From NCBI GenBank assembly GCA_964016885.1, contig OZ024745.1:122946001-123010000 (forward strand): 64,000 bases of DNA, in the 5' to 3' direction. Position 1 is the first letter of the stretch. Every line of letters begins with the position of its first letter. The translations under genes were made by a program, and so were the position numbers. This document shows positions 28,020 through 41,299 of the stretch, piece after piece. The notes under the pieces were generated by a model. It had not been told where the DNA came from, searched no databases, and saw only the letters and a list, made by a program, of their open reading frames with translations. The stretch is from Eledone cirrhosa. Its lineage: Eukaryota.

Positions 28020-28235
28020 CACTCTTTAGCATTTACATTACTCTATATTTGCTATTATATTTTCACAGTAAAGGCTTTATCTCACATAATTTCGAATCTA
28101 TGGGATTTTGATATAATTTATTTTGAGAAAAATACCTTAACATCAGTATGAGTGGCTGATTACAGCCAGTTTAAACAGAAAGAGGTGAGAGAATTCTGAC
28201 CCGGATACAGCTGGTTTGAATGCTTAAAGGGTTAA
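28020..28235. mobile_element. P1 MITE
   Basis: CTTTAGCATTTACATTACTC ... AAAGGGTTAA. Confidence 0.8.
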
Positions 28236-28429
28236 ATTGACCTGAGGCTGTAGTAAAAGATTTGTCCAAGATTATATGTAGTGGAATCGTACCTAAAACC
28301 TCATTATTATGCAGAAAACCTCTTAACCATTTAGCCATACTACATCCATATGAACATCTTTAATTTAAGTAAACTAGTAAAGTGAAGAAGATGCCATTTT
28401 AGTTTCTTTTATATACCAGTTTCTTGTCA

Positions 28430-28715
28430 AGGCATGTGGCATTGTTGATACCAAGTTGGGTTCATGATCCTATTGCTATTAATGATCATCATTTCCAGAT
28501 TGTGTGATGTGTTGTATCTTTGAGCAAGATATTTCATTTCCTGTTTGGCGTTAGGAAGGGCATCCAGCCATAGAAAACCTACTAGAAACTCTCCTACATG
28601 AGCGAGACAGGGTCACCTGACCCAACTTGCCTCAAAATGGGACTAACCCATCTAACCCATGCTAGCATGGAAGATAGACGTTAATCGATGATGATGATGA
28701 TGATGATGATGATGA
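28430..28715 (+). mobile_element. Degenerate tRNA/CORE SINE with RTE tail
   Basis: TTGAGCAAGATATTT, TTAGGAAGGGCATCCAGC, AACCCATGCTAGCATGGAAG and (GAT)n. Confidence 0.75.
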
Positions 28716-29029
28716 AGCTCTATTTCACTCACCTGAAAATGAGTATCAAGAGCAGCTGTGGTAAGGTATAGGGGTAAACCCTATGATGAGTATCAGGAGT
28801 GGTATAGGGGTAAACCCTATGATGAGTATCAGGAGCTGCAGCTGTGATGAGGTATAGGGGTAAACCGTATGATGCACTGATATTCTACATAAGAGAGAAT
28901 CTTATTCTCTTAGTTATTTAATGTCTCATGAAACTGGAATGAGCGCCAACCTTCGTCCAATTCTTGCAAGCATGACAATGTAACAATGACTGACTTAGAA
29001 GTAATAATTGATTCCACTCTTTGTGTAGT

Positions 29030-29465
29030 TTAACACTCTAGCATTTACATTACTCTATATATACTATTGTATTTTCACAGTAAAGGCTTTACCTCACATA
29101 ATAATTATTTCTACTTTTGGCACAAGGCCAGCAATTACCCAGTGCATTACTGGTACTTTATTTTTATCGACCCCGTAAGGATGAAAGGCAAAGTTAACCT
29201 CGGCGGGATTTGAACTCAGAATGGCAAGGGCTGTACCTTTATGCGTCAAAGCATGTCGTCCGACCCTCTACCGATACTGCCAATCCACCACCTTTTTACC
29301 TCACATAATAATCCCACATAATATCGAATCTATGAGATTTTTATATTATTTATTTTGAGAACAATACCTTAACATCAGTATGAGTGGCCGGTTACAGCCA
29401 GTTTGAACAGAAAGGGGTGAGAGAATTCTGGCCGGATATGACCGGTTTAAATGCTAAAGGGTTAA
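29030..29465. mobile_element. P1 MITE interrupted by a SINE
   Basis: Both TIRs present; SINE at 29106-29294 flanked by duplicated TTTACCTCACATAATAAT. Confidence 0.85.
29106..29294 (-). mobile_element. Nin-domain SINE with 18-bp TSD
   Basis: TSD at 29088-29105 and 29295-29312. Confidence 0.9.
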
Positions 29466-30024
29466 TGAAAGATATAACATGATGGTTGATGTGTTTTGAT
29501 ATATTGCTTCTATACTCTGGTTTATTATTGATATCATCACTGCTGATATTGCTAGGGTTGAACACTTTTTGGTAATCTGCAAATGCCATGCTGAGTAGGA
29601 TATTATTTCCATTGATTTCCATTGATTTCCATTGATTGATTCATAAGGTTGATATGCTAAGTCTAACAAAATCACATCCTGTATTTCATTGAGGACATCA
29701 ATTGCAACAATCCTTTCTTTAAAGTCACTACTAAAAGAGTTCAGTAGCCTTAAATCACGTCTCTTGCCCAGTTGGTCCACTAGTTGAAACATTTGTAGTT
29801 CTGAACAGCTTGCACTAGTTAACCTATCTATCAATACGCTTTCTTAGTTATTTATTAACACTTTTGATACCAACCAGCCCCAAAGTGTCACAATTCTATG
29901 ATGACATGCATCTTGTTTTAAGGTATTCCTATTTAAATAATAAATAATGTTATGCTGTCCTTCACACACAACGTCTCCATTGGTACGGACATTACAGTGA
30001 GCCACGTCATGCATCTTCTCCATC

Positions 30025-30240
30025 ACTCACTTGGCAATCCCTGGCACTAAAGATCATGGCAGATCAAGGAAGATGCGGTTGGAGTGCGTGAAGAGTGATT
30101 TGTATAAATCAAACTTGGCTGATGTTGATACCATGGACAGAAATTCATGGAGAGCAGCTGTGAGACATTACCTGGTGTTGCCTTCCTCGGAGTCCAAGAC
30201 AACCGCTGCACCCTAAAGACCAAAACTGGATATGGATGGA
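30025..30240 (+). mobile_element. RTE LINE 3' end (third family)
   Basis: IPGTKDHGRSRKMRLECVKSDL...DRNSWRAAVR with a TGGA-type tail. Confidence 0.75.
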
Positions 30241-32161
30241 GAAATATCTTTGTTAAGCTATGTAATCCAGCTTATTAATATAACTATTTTACTAAATTCT
30301 TTTAAATTGTTGATTATTTACAAGATTCTTTGAAAATCATATGTGGTGTATTTCATTAGAAATATGGTAATGAAAGAGTAAATTTACTGAACAATTTCAA
30401 ACTGCACCTGATCTCCAGCTCTAGTGTCTGCTCTATCATTATTGTAGCCACAACCATAGGATCATTGTAGTTTGTTTGTTTGTTTTGTTTCCACAAGTTA
30501 TTCTCAAAATATTAGTTTTTAGTTCTACTAATTGACTAACCTTTTCATTACCATACTTCTTATAAATGATACTGTCTATGATTTTCAAATAATTTTGTAA
30601 ATAATCAAGAATTTGAAAAAACATCTAGTCATATGACAAAAGATTTGACATAAAATTATTAAAGAAGGCTTTTAGATTAATATAAATATTTTAAAACAAA
30701 CGTTTGTATAGTAAAACCAGTAGAGGTTTTAGGTGGGTTTGTATCAAAAGAATTAATTGGTTAAAACCCCTCAATTCTTTGCTGACTATGTTTGAAAATA
30801 AATATTTTCCTTGTTGATCAATTTGAAGTAGTTAAACAACTGGTAGGAACAATAACCCAATAGGTATTTTCTCAAATATACATAATAACAAACTAGGTAA
30901 TTCAATAAATGTTAAGTGATTTATATAACGTTTTTCTATTATGCTACATCAGATTGTCATAACCTAAAATATTTAAAACAAGTCACTTAGTGTTACCAGT
31001 TAGATGTTGATACGCAAGTGTTACTCACAAGGAAGAACCTTCCAATGTATAAAATGTGCTAGTGTATAATGAGCCAACCAATAAGCTCTCAACTCTCCCT
31101 GACTACAGATATATATTCTGATCTATTGTCAGAAGAGGTCCCTCTTTCATAGATAAAATCCCCCTATACAACTCAAGGAAGATAACTACAGATGCAGTTG
31201 ATAATTGGCTGAGGTTGTGAAAACATTTAGTTCAACATAATACTGTTTTCAGTTCAATTTATGATAGGATCAGATTTTTATTTCTTATGTCTGAGGGAGA
31301 TAAAATACATTTAAATCATATTGATTCAGTTTTATTACTTTATTTTGCTCCTTGATAAAATAAATACTGTGAAGAGTTAATAAAAATAATATTTATAGAT
31401 TAGTCTAATTTTTTCCTTTTTTGTGCCATATTTAAGGAGGAACATTGTCAATAGCCTGCAGGGATACTCTATAATCATAAAGTAGAAATGTGAGATTGAT
31501 CTAATTAGTAGAAGCCATAAAGTGTATTCTGTTATCACATGTAATGAAATGAACTTTTATCTTCTGTAATATAGGAGACTTTGACTCTTTAAGAAAATTT
31601 AAATGTAATGCTTAAATTTAACTAATTTTGACCTTAAACTGCAAAAATGAGTAACAGAATTGATTTAGGATGAATTATTGGAAAAGTTGTAGTAAAATTG
31701 AAATGAGTGGTTGAGGTAAGAAGATTCTGAAGATGAAAAGAGTGAGATGAAATAGAAATATAGAAATAATATTCATATAGCATAATGTTTTTCTTACTGA
31801 TAAACAAATCAATAACAACAACATTTTAGGTGTTACGAAAACACTGGTACTATTAAACCTGTCTTTAATATGCACCATGGAGAGTGATGCTCTTCAGTGC
31901 TGTAGGCAACAGAGCCATTGAATAATTGATAAGTGTTTTTGTTGGTATATTGTGATGAACTAAACATCTCTAGAGGGCAAAGCTCATGTAACTACAACAA
32001 CAAATGCAACAACAATAAATAAACAAAATCAACTTCTGGCATGAACAAGTGTTAAGAAGAATGGAACAGATTGGTATTTTCAGATATCAAATAATTAGAA
32101 CTTCTAACTAAGCTTTGAAGCACACTAATTGAATAGTTTTATTGATTTGTAGTAATATGTC

Positions 32162-32335
32162 TACGAGGTCTGCTGAAAAAGTATCTGACTTTATATTTTC
32201 CCATGGGAAGTAATGAAGTTAGGGAGATAAATGTGTCAGAATGAAGCTACATACATTCATGTATATGTGCGGTTTTTAGCAAGCTTGCCGGATGTGTCAG
32301 TTGCTATCAGACAGTCAGCATTTGAGGTGGTTTAC
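32162..32335 (+). mobile_element. mariner left-end fragment
   Basis: TA-CGAGGTCTGCTGAAAAAGTATC resembles mariner termini; no partner TIR seen. Confidence 0.4.
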
Positions 32336-32505
32336 TATTTACTTATTGCATTTTCATTTCACCCCATATTGCCAACAATATTCTGAGTTCCTGAATACCA
32401 TGATAACTGATGGTGAGACAAGTACAACCCAGAAACCAAAGATCAGTGGAAGGATCCTACATCATCTACTTTTATGTCTTTTTCTTCACCCACTTATTCC
32501 TGAGT

Positions 32506-32938
32506 GAAGGCGCATGGCTTAGTGGTTAGAGAATTGGGCTTGTAATCGAAAGGTTGTGAGTTCGATTTTCAGACCGGGTGATGTGTTGTGTCCTTGAGCA
32601 AGACACTTTATTTCACATTGCTCCAGTTTACTCAGCTTTAGAAATGAGTTGCGATCCTGCCAAATCAATGGGTGGCAGTAGTTCCAGCTGCATGCATTGA
32701 AAGACTGGTGTAGTGGTTCTGAGGACAATGCTGCTTTGCAGATGATCAATGTAAATTGACAATGGAAAGGTGCTCCCACTCGAGTTAGAAGGGAACTATT
32801 GACCTTCAGGAGAAGCAGTGACCCCTGAATGTATTCAGCAACCAAAACAAATATGAAGTACACCAAATCCAATGCTCCTAGGGGCGGCCCTGGTTCTTCT
32901 TATTTGCGAGTGTAAACTTGGCCAGATTAGATTAGATT
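32506..32938 (+). mobile_element. tRNA/CORE-like SINE, body type 4 with (AGATT)n tail
   Basis: Same head; ~285-bp body near-identical to 40684-40990. Confidence 0.85.
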
Positions 32939-32939
32939 A

Positions 32940-33110
32940 TTCCTGAGAGGGTCGTGGGGGCAGTGTCCTCAAACGCTCCTTCCAGCGGGTCCTGTCGGAA
33001 GCAACCATCTCCAACTAATCTGGCTGGATCCTCAAGCGAGACCAGCCAAGCTCATGGATGTTATCCAACCATCTTCTTCGCCGTTTACCCCTGGGTCTAC
33101 ATCATCAAGG
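32940..33110 (-). mobile_element. RTE (Rex3-like) LINE 3' fragment
   Basis: Reverse-complement homologue of the 27620 and 42365 fragments (ending LPPRPSQE). Confidence 0.75.
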
Positions 33111-33185
33111 TCCAAAATTGTATGTCAGGTGAGGAGTAAAATCAAGACTATGCTAACTAGTAGAAGACATCTGCCCAAGATGCCA

Positions 33186-33409
33186 AATAATGGTTTCTTA
33201 TATAGGCACAAGGCCAGCAATTTTGGGGGGTGGGGAAATTCAATTAAATCGACCCCAGTGCGTGACTAGTACTTTATTTTATCGACCCCGTAAGGATGAA
33301 AGGCAAAGTTAACCTCGGCGGGATTTGAACTCAGATCATAAAGGGCCGTAACTCTGTGCTGCAAAGCATGACATCCGACCCTCTACCGATACAGCCAATT
33401 CACTGTCCT
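33186..33409 (-). mobile_element. Nin-domain SINE, long variant
   Basis: Carries an extra GGGG..AATTAAATCGACCCCAG segment. Confidence 0.86.
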
Positions 33410-33679
33410 TCAAGATGCCAAAACTGAGATTTTATCTGATACCACATAACTGGAAAGCAAACTCCTTAACCAAACAGCCTGCATTTAGGTTTCTTTATGT
33501 TTCTTTTCAAAGATAAGATCTTTATGCAAGAAATATAATGGAAAAAAAATTGATCCTTTAATTTTTAACTTCCTTTCAAATAATATTTCTCAGTCATTGT
33601 GGAAATAATAAAATAGAGATTAGATGAATAAATGGCTTTATAATCCTTAAGGAAACAAAATTAGGATTTTGTAAGGAAG

Positions 33680-33741
33680 CAACTGCTGTTGCTACTACTA
33701 CTACTACTACTGCTGCTTCTGCTGCTGCTACTACTACTGCA

Positions 33742-33804
<63 letters not shown>

Positions 33805-33862
33805 ATGACTTCTACTACTACTACTACAACTACTACTGCTGCTGGTACTACTACTACTGCTG

Positions 33863-33915
<53 letters not shown>

Positions 33916-34271
33916 ATTACTGCTGCTGCTTTTGTTGTTACCATTACCACTACTCCTACACTACACTCCACCAAAATATGATAAGTGTTACTTATGTTGC
34001 AGTAGCTGCAACAATAACAGCAGCAGCAATAACAACAACAATAGCAACAATAACAACAACAGCAGCACCAGCTGTAGCAGCATCAATAACAACAACAACA
34101 ACAACAGCAGCAGTATAGATAGTAGTAGTAGTAGTAGTGTTAGGTTCTACAAGTGTTGCAATACTCCAATTTTTTAATATTCTTATGGATTAAAGAACCA
34201 TTAGTTTACATTTTATATAGGGGAATAGTGTTTAATAGTATTTCAGAGAACATTGCTTTTAACAGCAATTT

Positions 34272-34317
<46 letters not shown>

Positions 34318-34970
34318 ACATTGTCATCATTATCATCTCCATCATCACCATCATCATCACAACCTCCACCACCATCATCGTCATTGTCATCATCTTCATC
34401 ACAACCACCACCACCACTACCACCACCACCGCCACCATCATCACCATCATCGCCGCCACCACCACCAACATCATCACAACCACCACCATCATTACCACCA
34501 CCACCACCACCATCATTACCTCCACCACCACCACCATCATCACCATCATCACCACCACCACCACCACCGTCATCACAACCACCACCACCACCACCATCAC
34601 TACCACCACCACCACCACCACCACCACCACCATCATCACCACCACCATCACCACCACCATCACCACCACCACCACCACCACCATCATTACCACCACCATC
34701 ATTACCACCATCCCCTTCTTTCCCTCTTCCATATCATTACTTTCCTTCAGTAAAGCCATATTATGGTGGATTAGCAGTATCGGTAGAGGGTGGAGTGATG
34801 GTGGTGGAGTGGTGGGGGAGTGGAGTGGTGGTGGTGGTGGGGGTAGGAAGGTTGTAGATGGAGGGGTGGTGGTGGAGGGGTGGGGGAGTGGTGATGGTGT
34901 GGTGGAGTGGTGGAATGGTGGAGTGGTGGAGTGGTGGAGTGGTGGAGTGGTGGAGTGGTGGTGGTCGGGT
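33680..34970. repeat. Low-complexity block: (TAC/TGC)n, (CAA/CAG)n, (CAT/CAC)n, (GGAGTGGT)n
   Basis: Direct reading; explains the poly-P/H/V ORFs. Confidence 0.95.
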
Positions 34971-35653
34971 GGACTTTCAATTCAACGGAGACCATAGAGA
35001 AATCTGTAGTAAAAGACTTGCAGAAAGATGTTAGATGAAGTGTAAGATAAAGCATTAGACCAACCTGAAGAATAGCTAACCCTCATCTTCTCATTATTTT
35101 CTTGTATTTATGTTTGTTATTGTTGTTGTTTCTAGGATATGCTATTTTTATTTTTATTTTATTTTATTTTTTATTTTAATTTTATTTTATTTTTTATTTT
35201 TATTTTTATTTTTATTTTTATTTTTATTTTTATTTTTATTTTTATTTTAATTTTAATTTTTATTTTATATTCTATTTTATATTTTATTTTATTTTTATTT
35301 GGAGGGGGGAGGGGCATTCCAGGTTAATATATAGAAAGTGGCAGCAAGGTTGGGAATAGTTATAAAGTTATGTGTGCTCAGATGAAATTAAATCTTTTTT
35401 ATAAGATGTCAGAAGTAAAATAACTTAACCTCTATATATTTGTTCACAAGGTTTTTCACACTGGTGATTCTTAAGGATAATTCAATAGAATTAAGCCTAA
35501 TTTATATTCTAAGATTCATTTTATTATATTTTATTATTATATATATATGTGTGTGTGTGTATGTATATATATATGCATATATATGCATATGTATATATAT
35601 ATATATATATATATACATACATCATCATCGTTTAACGTCCATCTTTCACGCTA

Positions 35654-35719
<66 letters not shown>

Positions 35720-36253
35720 GTATATATAATATGTATATATAAATATATAAATATATATGTATGTATGTATATATGTGTGTGTGTATATATATATATTTTT
35801 TTTTTCTTTTTCTTTTTTATTCTTTGTATGTTTGAAAATCTTACAAGCATTGATGGAATTAATAAACATAAATATAAGAAATATTAACTACATTCTCTTG
35901 TTTGTTGGCTCACAATTCTATTTAAAATGACTTTACTTTAGATTTTCTTAGCCAATTTATTTATATACAGGTTTACAGAACGTACAGAATATATAGTAGA
36001 GCAGTCCTCTACTTATTTCTAGATTATATAAACTATTAGTTTTATCATATTTGATCTCTTTATTTAATCTATATTATATTAAGGTGTTCTGATGGAAATT
36101 TTTGAAATTCTTTCAGTGCTATGTATATTTATGTATGTGTGTATGTATGTATGTATGTGTGAGTGTATATATTTATGTATGTATGTGTGTATGTGTATGT
36201 GTGTATGTATGTGTGTGTGTATATTTATGTATGTATGTGTGTATGTATGTGTA

Positions 36254-36284
<31 letters not shown>

Positions 36285-36879
36285 GAATGTGTGTATGTAT
36301 ATGTATGTGTGTATGTATGTATGTATTAACTAACTAAATACTTAACTAAATACTTACTAACTGTTAAACTACCATAAATCATAACAGTAATATATTATAT
36401 TTCACATTTATACCTTAAAGGAAATGTAATCAAACAGCACACACATACACACACACACACACACACATATATACTTACATATATACATGCATTAATATAG
36501 GTATATAGGAATATAGATTATTTACATATGATATGACTAGGGACGTTATCATTTAAACACTCAAGAAACCTCTTATGAAATTCAACCTCATAGGAGGCTA
36601 ACTAAACCTATCCAGGTGTGAGCTGTAATAACCCTATGGTGATGTATGTGTGTAGGTGTGAAGATATTTGTAATTACATGTATGAAGGAATTACATGGCT
36701 TCATGAGAGAGTAGAAATTATTAATTTATTTATGAATGTGTATTGAGGTTAATGTTGGGTGGTAAATTTATTGGCATAAATGTTATAACAAATATTTACT
36801 GATGGCTTCACTGCATACACAGAGCAGAGTCATATTTAATATATATTCTAAAGAAAGTTTTCTCAAAGATCAACTTGAG

Positions 36880-37348
36880 AATTTATTGAATAATGGGAAA
36901 AACTCAATGCAAGGATAGCTGCAAAAACAGCAAAGTGCCATTAAAGATGGCATCAGGTAAAATCTTACCTCAAAGGACAGGAATAAATGGCTAGAATTGC
37001 GTTGGCTTGCAGAAGTGATAGAGAGAGAGAGAGGAGCAAAGGAAGGAAATAGTGAAAATGAAAATGAACGAGACAAAATCACACAAGCATCATATTATGT
37101 TATCAGTCCTCATACCGGAATGTAGTTTCGCATGAATTAAAACTACACACTGGTACAAGGGCTGATGATGTAATATGATGTTTGTGTGATTTTGTCTTGT
37201 TCAATATCATTTTGTCTATTTCCTTCCTTTGTTCCTTTCTCCCTATCACTTCTGCAGGTCTTCTAGCCATTTATTCCTGTCCTTTGATGGCATTTTACTG
37301 TTTTGGCAGCTATCCTGGCATTGAGTTTTTCTCATTATTCTATGAATT
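36880..37348. repeat. Long fold-back palindrome
   Basis: Arms of ~210-250 bp are complementary around ~37128-37140, e.g. CAAAGGACAGGAATAAATGGCTAGAA / TTCTAGCCATTTATTCCTGTCCTTTG. Confidence 0.9.
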
Positions 37349-38151
37349 TTAATATATATTATTTGTAACTTGGATAGAGAATTTGTTAACTAGGCTTTTA
37401 TGGAGGCAATCGTCAAAAACAAATGGTTGTTCACCTTGAAAAAGGCAGTTGGAGTAGACTCAATAAGATTTAGTAAAGGAGTCGCAAGAGACAAAACTAA
37501 ACTGGAGTGAAAACTAGTTATAAAACTAAAATAGATGTTTAGAAAAGGCAATACAATTGACATGCTTAGATGCCAGACTTGTTCAGTGACCTCTTGGTAG
37601 ATGTCTACTGCAACTGGCAGCAGAACAGGAGGATTCATAGTTCTGTGACTGAGAAGTGGTGGCATTGCTGATAAAGGACCTGAACAAGGGGGACCTATTG
37701 ATAGGTCCCCCTTCAAAATTTCGGCCAAGGTTGGTGCTTGTTGTCAAGATGCAAATTCTGGTAGGCAAGCTGCAGACAGGGATGGATCCACAACAACCTC
37801 TAATTGACGAGAAAGATCAGTGTGGAGGGGGATGTGCTGCCTTCCAGCCAGTTTGAAGAGGCCTGCTCCAAGTAACTGCCTGTAGATTTGAGGAGGACTA
37901 TTGAGAGGAAGCAGTTGTCCTAGTGGTCAGGGTGACTGTAGCTTTCTGTGGGTTTACTCCATGAGTGACCCTTGGAAATCTCCACCTATTGGATTTTTTC
38001 TTTGTTTCAGTTTATACATGTTTGTTATTTTTGTGAAACATTTTTTACATGAAAAATGTCACATTGTACCATTCAGTGTTGTCTTTAATGTTTTCTTAAT
38101 GTGTGGCTAATAAAAAGAACATCCTCATCATCATTATTATTACTATTATTA

Positions 38152-38333
38152 TAGTATCGGTAGAGGGTCAGATGCCATGCTTTGCAGCAAAGAGTTATGT
38201 CCCTTTATGGTCTGTGTTCAAATCCCGCCAAGGTTAAACTTTGCTTTTCATCCTTATGGGGTCGATAAAATAAAGTACCAGTAATACACTGGGATAATTG
38301 CTGGCTTTGTGCCAAAAGTAGAAACAATTATTA
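38152..38333 (+). mobile_element. Nin-domain SINE
   Basis: Homologue with (ATT)n tail. Confidence 0.86.
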
Positions 38334-38379
38334 TAAAAAACAATTATTATAATGAGATGTTATTTAACTGGAAAGTTTG

Positions 38380-38560
38380 TTGAAATGAATATCAAGCCAC
38401 TACCTGCAGCCTCTGATATTCAGGACGTATCGGAGGGTTCTTGCTGTTCCCAGCAAGCCTTTTGAAGTGTTCCAAAAAGTGGGACTGGACTAATCTTCTT
38501 TAACCATCCTTGGAAACTCTTTGAGATAGTACCTAGTGCACCTATGACAATTGGGACATT
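38380..38560 (-). mobile_element. Second Dong/R4-type LINE 3' end
   Basis: VPIVIGALGTISKSFQGWLKKI...LQKA..LGTARTLRYVL. Confidence 0.78.
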
Positions 38561-38568
38561 ATTATTAA

Positions 38569-38603
<35 letters not shown>

Positions 38604-38604
<1 letters not shown>

Positions 38605-39445
38605 CAGATTTTTATTATCCAGATTTTGTGAGATAGCAGGCCAGTGGTCTTAGGTATCAGTAAATTAGACTCCATAACTTTTCTGATGATTTGCACAGTT
38701 CCCAAAGCTTTCTGGAATAATGCTATAGGGCACTCTATTTCCATTTCCTTTATCCAATGATCAAATTTATGGGTTACTCTTCCCAAAGCACCTATTACTA
38801 CTGGTATGACATTAACCTATTTCAATTTCCACAACCATCCAATCTCATACTTTAACCCTTTAGCATTTAAACTGGCCGTATCCGGCCAGAATTCTCTCAT
38901 CTCTTTCTGTTCAAACCGGCTGTAACTGGCCACTCATACTAATGTTAAGGTATTGTTCTGAAAATAATTAATATCAAAATCACAGATTCGATATTATGGG
39001 GGATAATTGTGTAAGATAAGGACTTTACTGCAAAAATTCAAGAGTAAATATAGAGTAATGTAAACGGTAAAGGGTTAATAGATTGTAATTGTTCTCCTTA
39101 TCTTATTATTTTTTCTTCACTCTTAAGTCAAATGGCCATGAAGAGTCTTATATATCCACATATCTGTATTTAGTCCACTGCAGTTATATCTGGCTTATTG
39201 TGCTCTAATACCTTGTTTGTTTGTCTTGTGAAGTCCCTTAATATTTTACAATCTTCTGATTCAATTACTTTCTCTGACTTATGGCCTCCCCACTTATCCT
39301 CACAAATCAAATCCTCACTTCCGGCAGACTTTCTGATGTATCATCTTAGCTACTTCATCATGTCTACTTTTCTTGTATTCATTTGGCACTAAATTAGGGC
39401 ACTCGACAACAATGTGTGCCACCATCTCTGAAAACATGCCACACA
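38604..39445 (-). mobile_element. Dong/R4-type RLE LINE 3' remnant
   Basis: Minus strand: EMVAHIVVECP (zinc knuckle), SRHDEVAKMIH, KILRDF...HNKPDI (RLE), VNVIPVVIGALG, FQKALGTVQIIRKV; abuts (TAA)n. Confidence 0.8.
38852..39078. mobile_element. P1 MITE inserted in a Dong/R4 LINE remnant
   Basis: TTAA-CCCTTTAGCATTTA ... AAAGGG-TTAA with LINE coding remnants on both sides. Confidence 0.85.
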
Positions 39446-39944
39446 TTATTGTTAGAAGTAGTTAAAAATGGCTCTTGAGATTAGATTGTGTCTCATCCCT
39501 ATACTAAACATCTAGTTTGCTAGAAAAGAAATGTTTAAATAAAAGAGAACATACTCATTTTTTCTTCTACACCTATTTATCTGCTTATATAATATTTTGA
39601 CCACCTATCATTGATAGGTGTACTATTCTATTAAATACAAAGTCTGTAGTTTCAGAGTATGAAATGTGTTAACCCCTAAAATCGAAAAATAGGATTATTA
39701 AAAATTTGTAATATCTTTCCTAGATGACAGATCTTTATACAATTTAATTTCTTATGTGATGGAGTCATAGTTCAGTTTTATACTTTTTTTCAAGAATGTC
39801 TTTGCTAATGAGGTTTGCAGTACAGGAAGTTAAAATTCATGATTTCACTCGTCATTTTGAAAAGATGCACGATTCTCCATAATTACCAAAACTATTTTTC
39901 ATTTTTGACTACATAGATTGGTACAACTGTAATAATCTGTGATT

Positions 39945-40290
39945 TAAGAACAAGGCCAACAATTTGGCGGGAGGGAAAGCCAATTAAATCAACCCCAGTG
40001 TATTAATGGTTTTATCGAACTCATAAGGATGAAAGGCAAAGCTAACCTCGGTGCCATTTGAACTCAGAACATAAACAACCGTAATAATTGTTTCTACTTT
40101 AAGCACAAGGCCAGCAATTTGAAGGGGAGGGGGGAAAGTCGATTAAATTAACCCCATTGCATTAATGGTGCTTTATTTATCGACCCCGTAAGGTTGAAAG
40201 ATAAAGCTAACCTTGGCGGGATTTGAACTCAGAACATAAAGGGCCATAACTCTATGTTGCAAAGCATGGTGTCTAACAGTCTACCAATAT
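39945..40290 (-). mobile_element. Two tandem Nin-domain SINEs
   Basis: ACAAGGCCA...GAAAG..AAAGCTAACC occurs twice. Confidence 0.82.
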
Positions 40291-40483
40291 AACAAATGAG
40301 TGCAAAAAAAGTTTGAATTTGAATATGCAATGAGGTTGTATGACCACAAACCAGAACATGTTCTTGAAAACAATCATATAACAATAATATGGAACATGAA
40401 GATTCAAACAGATAAGCAAGTAAGAACATTTGCCCTTCTATATTATTATACTTAATAAAGAGCAGAGAGTGTGTTATCTAATT

Positions 40484-40992
40484 GATTGCCCAGGTCACTC
40501 TCGAGTGCTACTGGTAACATGTAACCCAGTACAACCTGTCGCATGGTCGGGTCGCCAGCGACTAAACCGGCAACCCCACCAAGTTTACTTGGTGAGGAGG
40601 CTGATTTTGGACACCCTGCAGGACAAAAACCTGACAAAGGGCGGAGGAACTCATAAAAGTCAATGGCCATCTAAAAAAAGAAAATCCTGCCAAATCAGTG
40701 GGTGGCAGTAGTTCCAGCTGCACGCATTGAAAGACTGGTGTAATGGTTCTGAGAACAATGAGGCTTTGCAGATGATCAATGGAAATTGACAATGGAAAGG
40801 CGCTCCCACTCGAGTTAGAAGAGAACTATTGACCTTCAGGAGAAGCAGTGACCCCTGATTGTATTCAGCAACTGAAACAAATATGAAGTACACCAAATCC
40901 AATGCTCCTAGGGGCGGCCCTGGTTCTTCTTATTTGCGAGTGTAAACTTGGCCAGATTAGATTAGATTGGATTAGATTAGATTAGATTAGAG
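40484..40992 (+). mobile_element. Retroposon with body type 4 and a different 5' part
   Basis: 40684-40990 matches 32654-32938; longer (AGATT)n tail. Confidence 0.7.
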
Positions 40993-41299
40993 ATGTTTGG
41001 CCATTTGATACTAGAGTGGTAAACAAACAATGTGAGAAATAGGAAAGAACCAAGACCTGAAAGACAAAATGCAGAGATTCTAGAATTGTCACAAAATTGT
41101 AATCTTTTCAATTGTAACAGGAGCCTTAATGATAGTGGATATAATTTCGAATGGTTGGTTGAAAATGTTGGATATAAAGGTAAATTTGACTGTCTTTATC
41201 TACACAAGGCTTGTAAGGAAATTGTTGGATATCTAAGGCTAATAGATACAGCTTGGTATCTAGCAAACTATATACCAGCAGAGGAACCACCAAAATACT

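Noticed and set aside
29454-29834. 126-aa ORF as a host exon
   Set aside because: Runs into a MITE, overlaps a decayed RT-like motif (AFADYQKVF) in another frame, and has no recognisable domain.
34153-34857. 234-aa proline-rich extensin/formin-like ORF and the overlapping poly-His ORF
   Set aside because: Open only because of stop-free (CAC/CAT)n microsatellite; open in several frames and on both strands.
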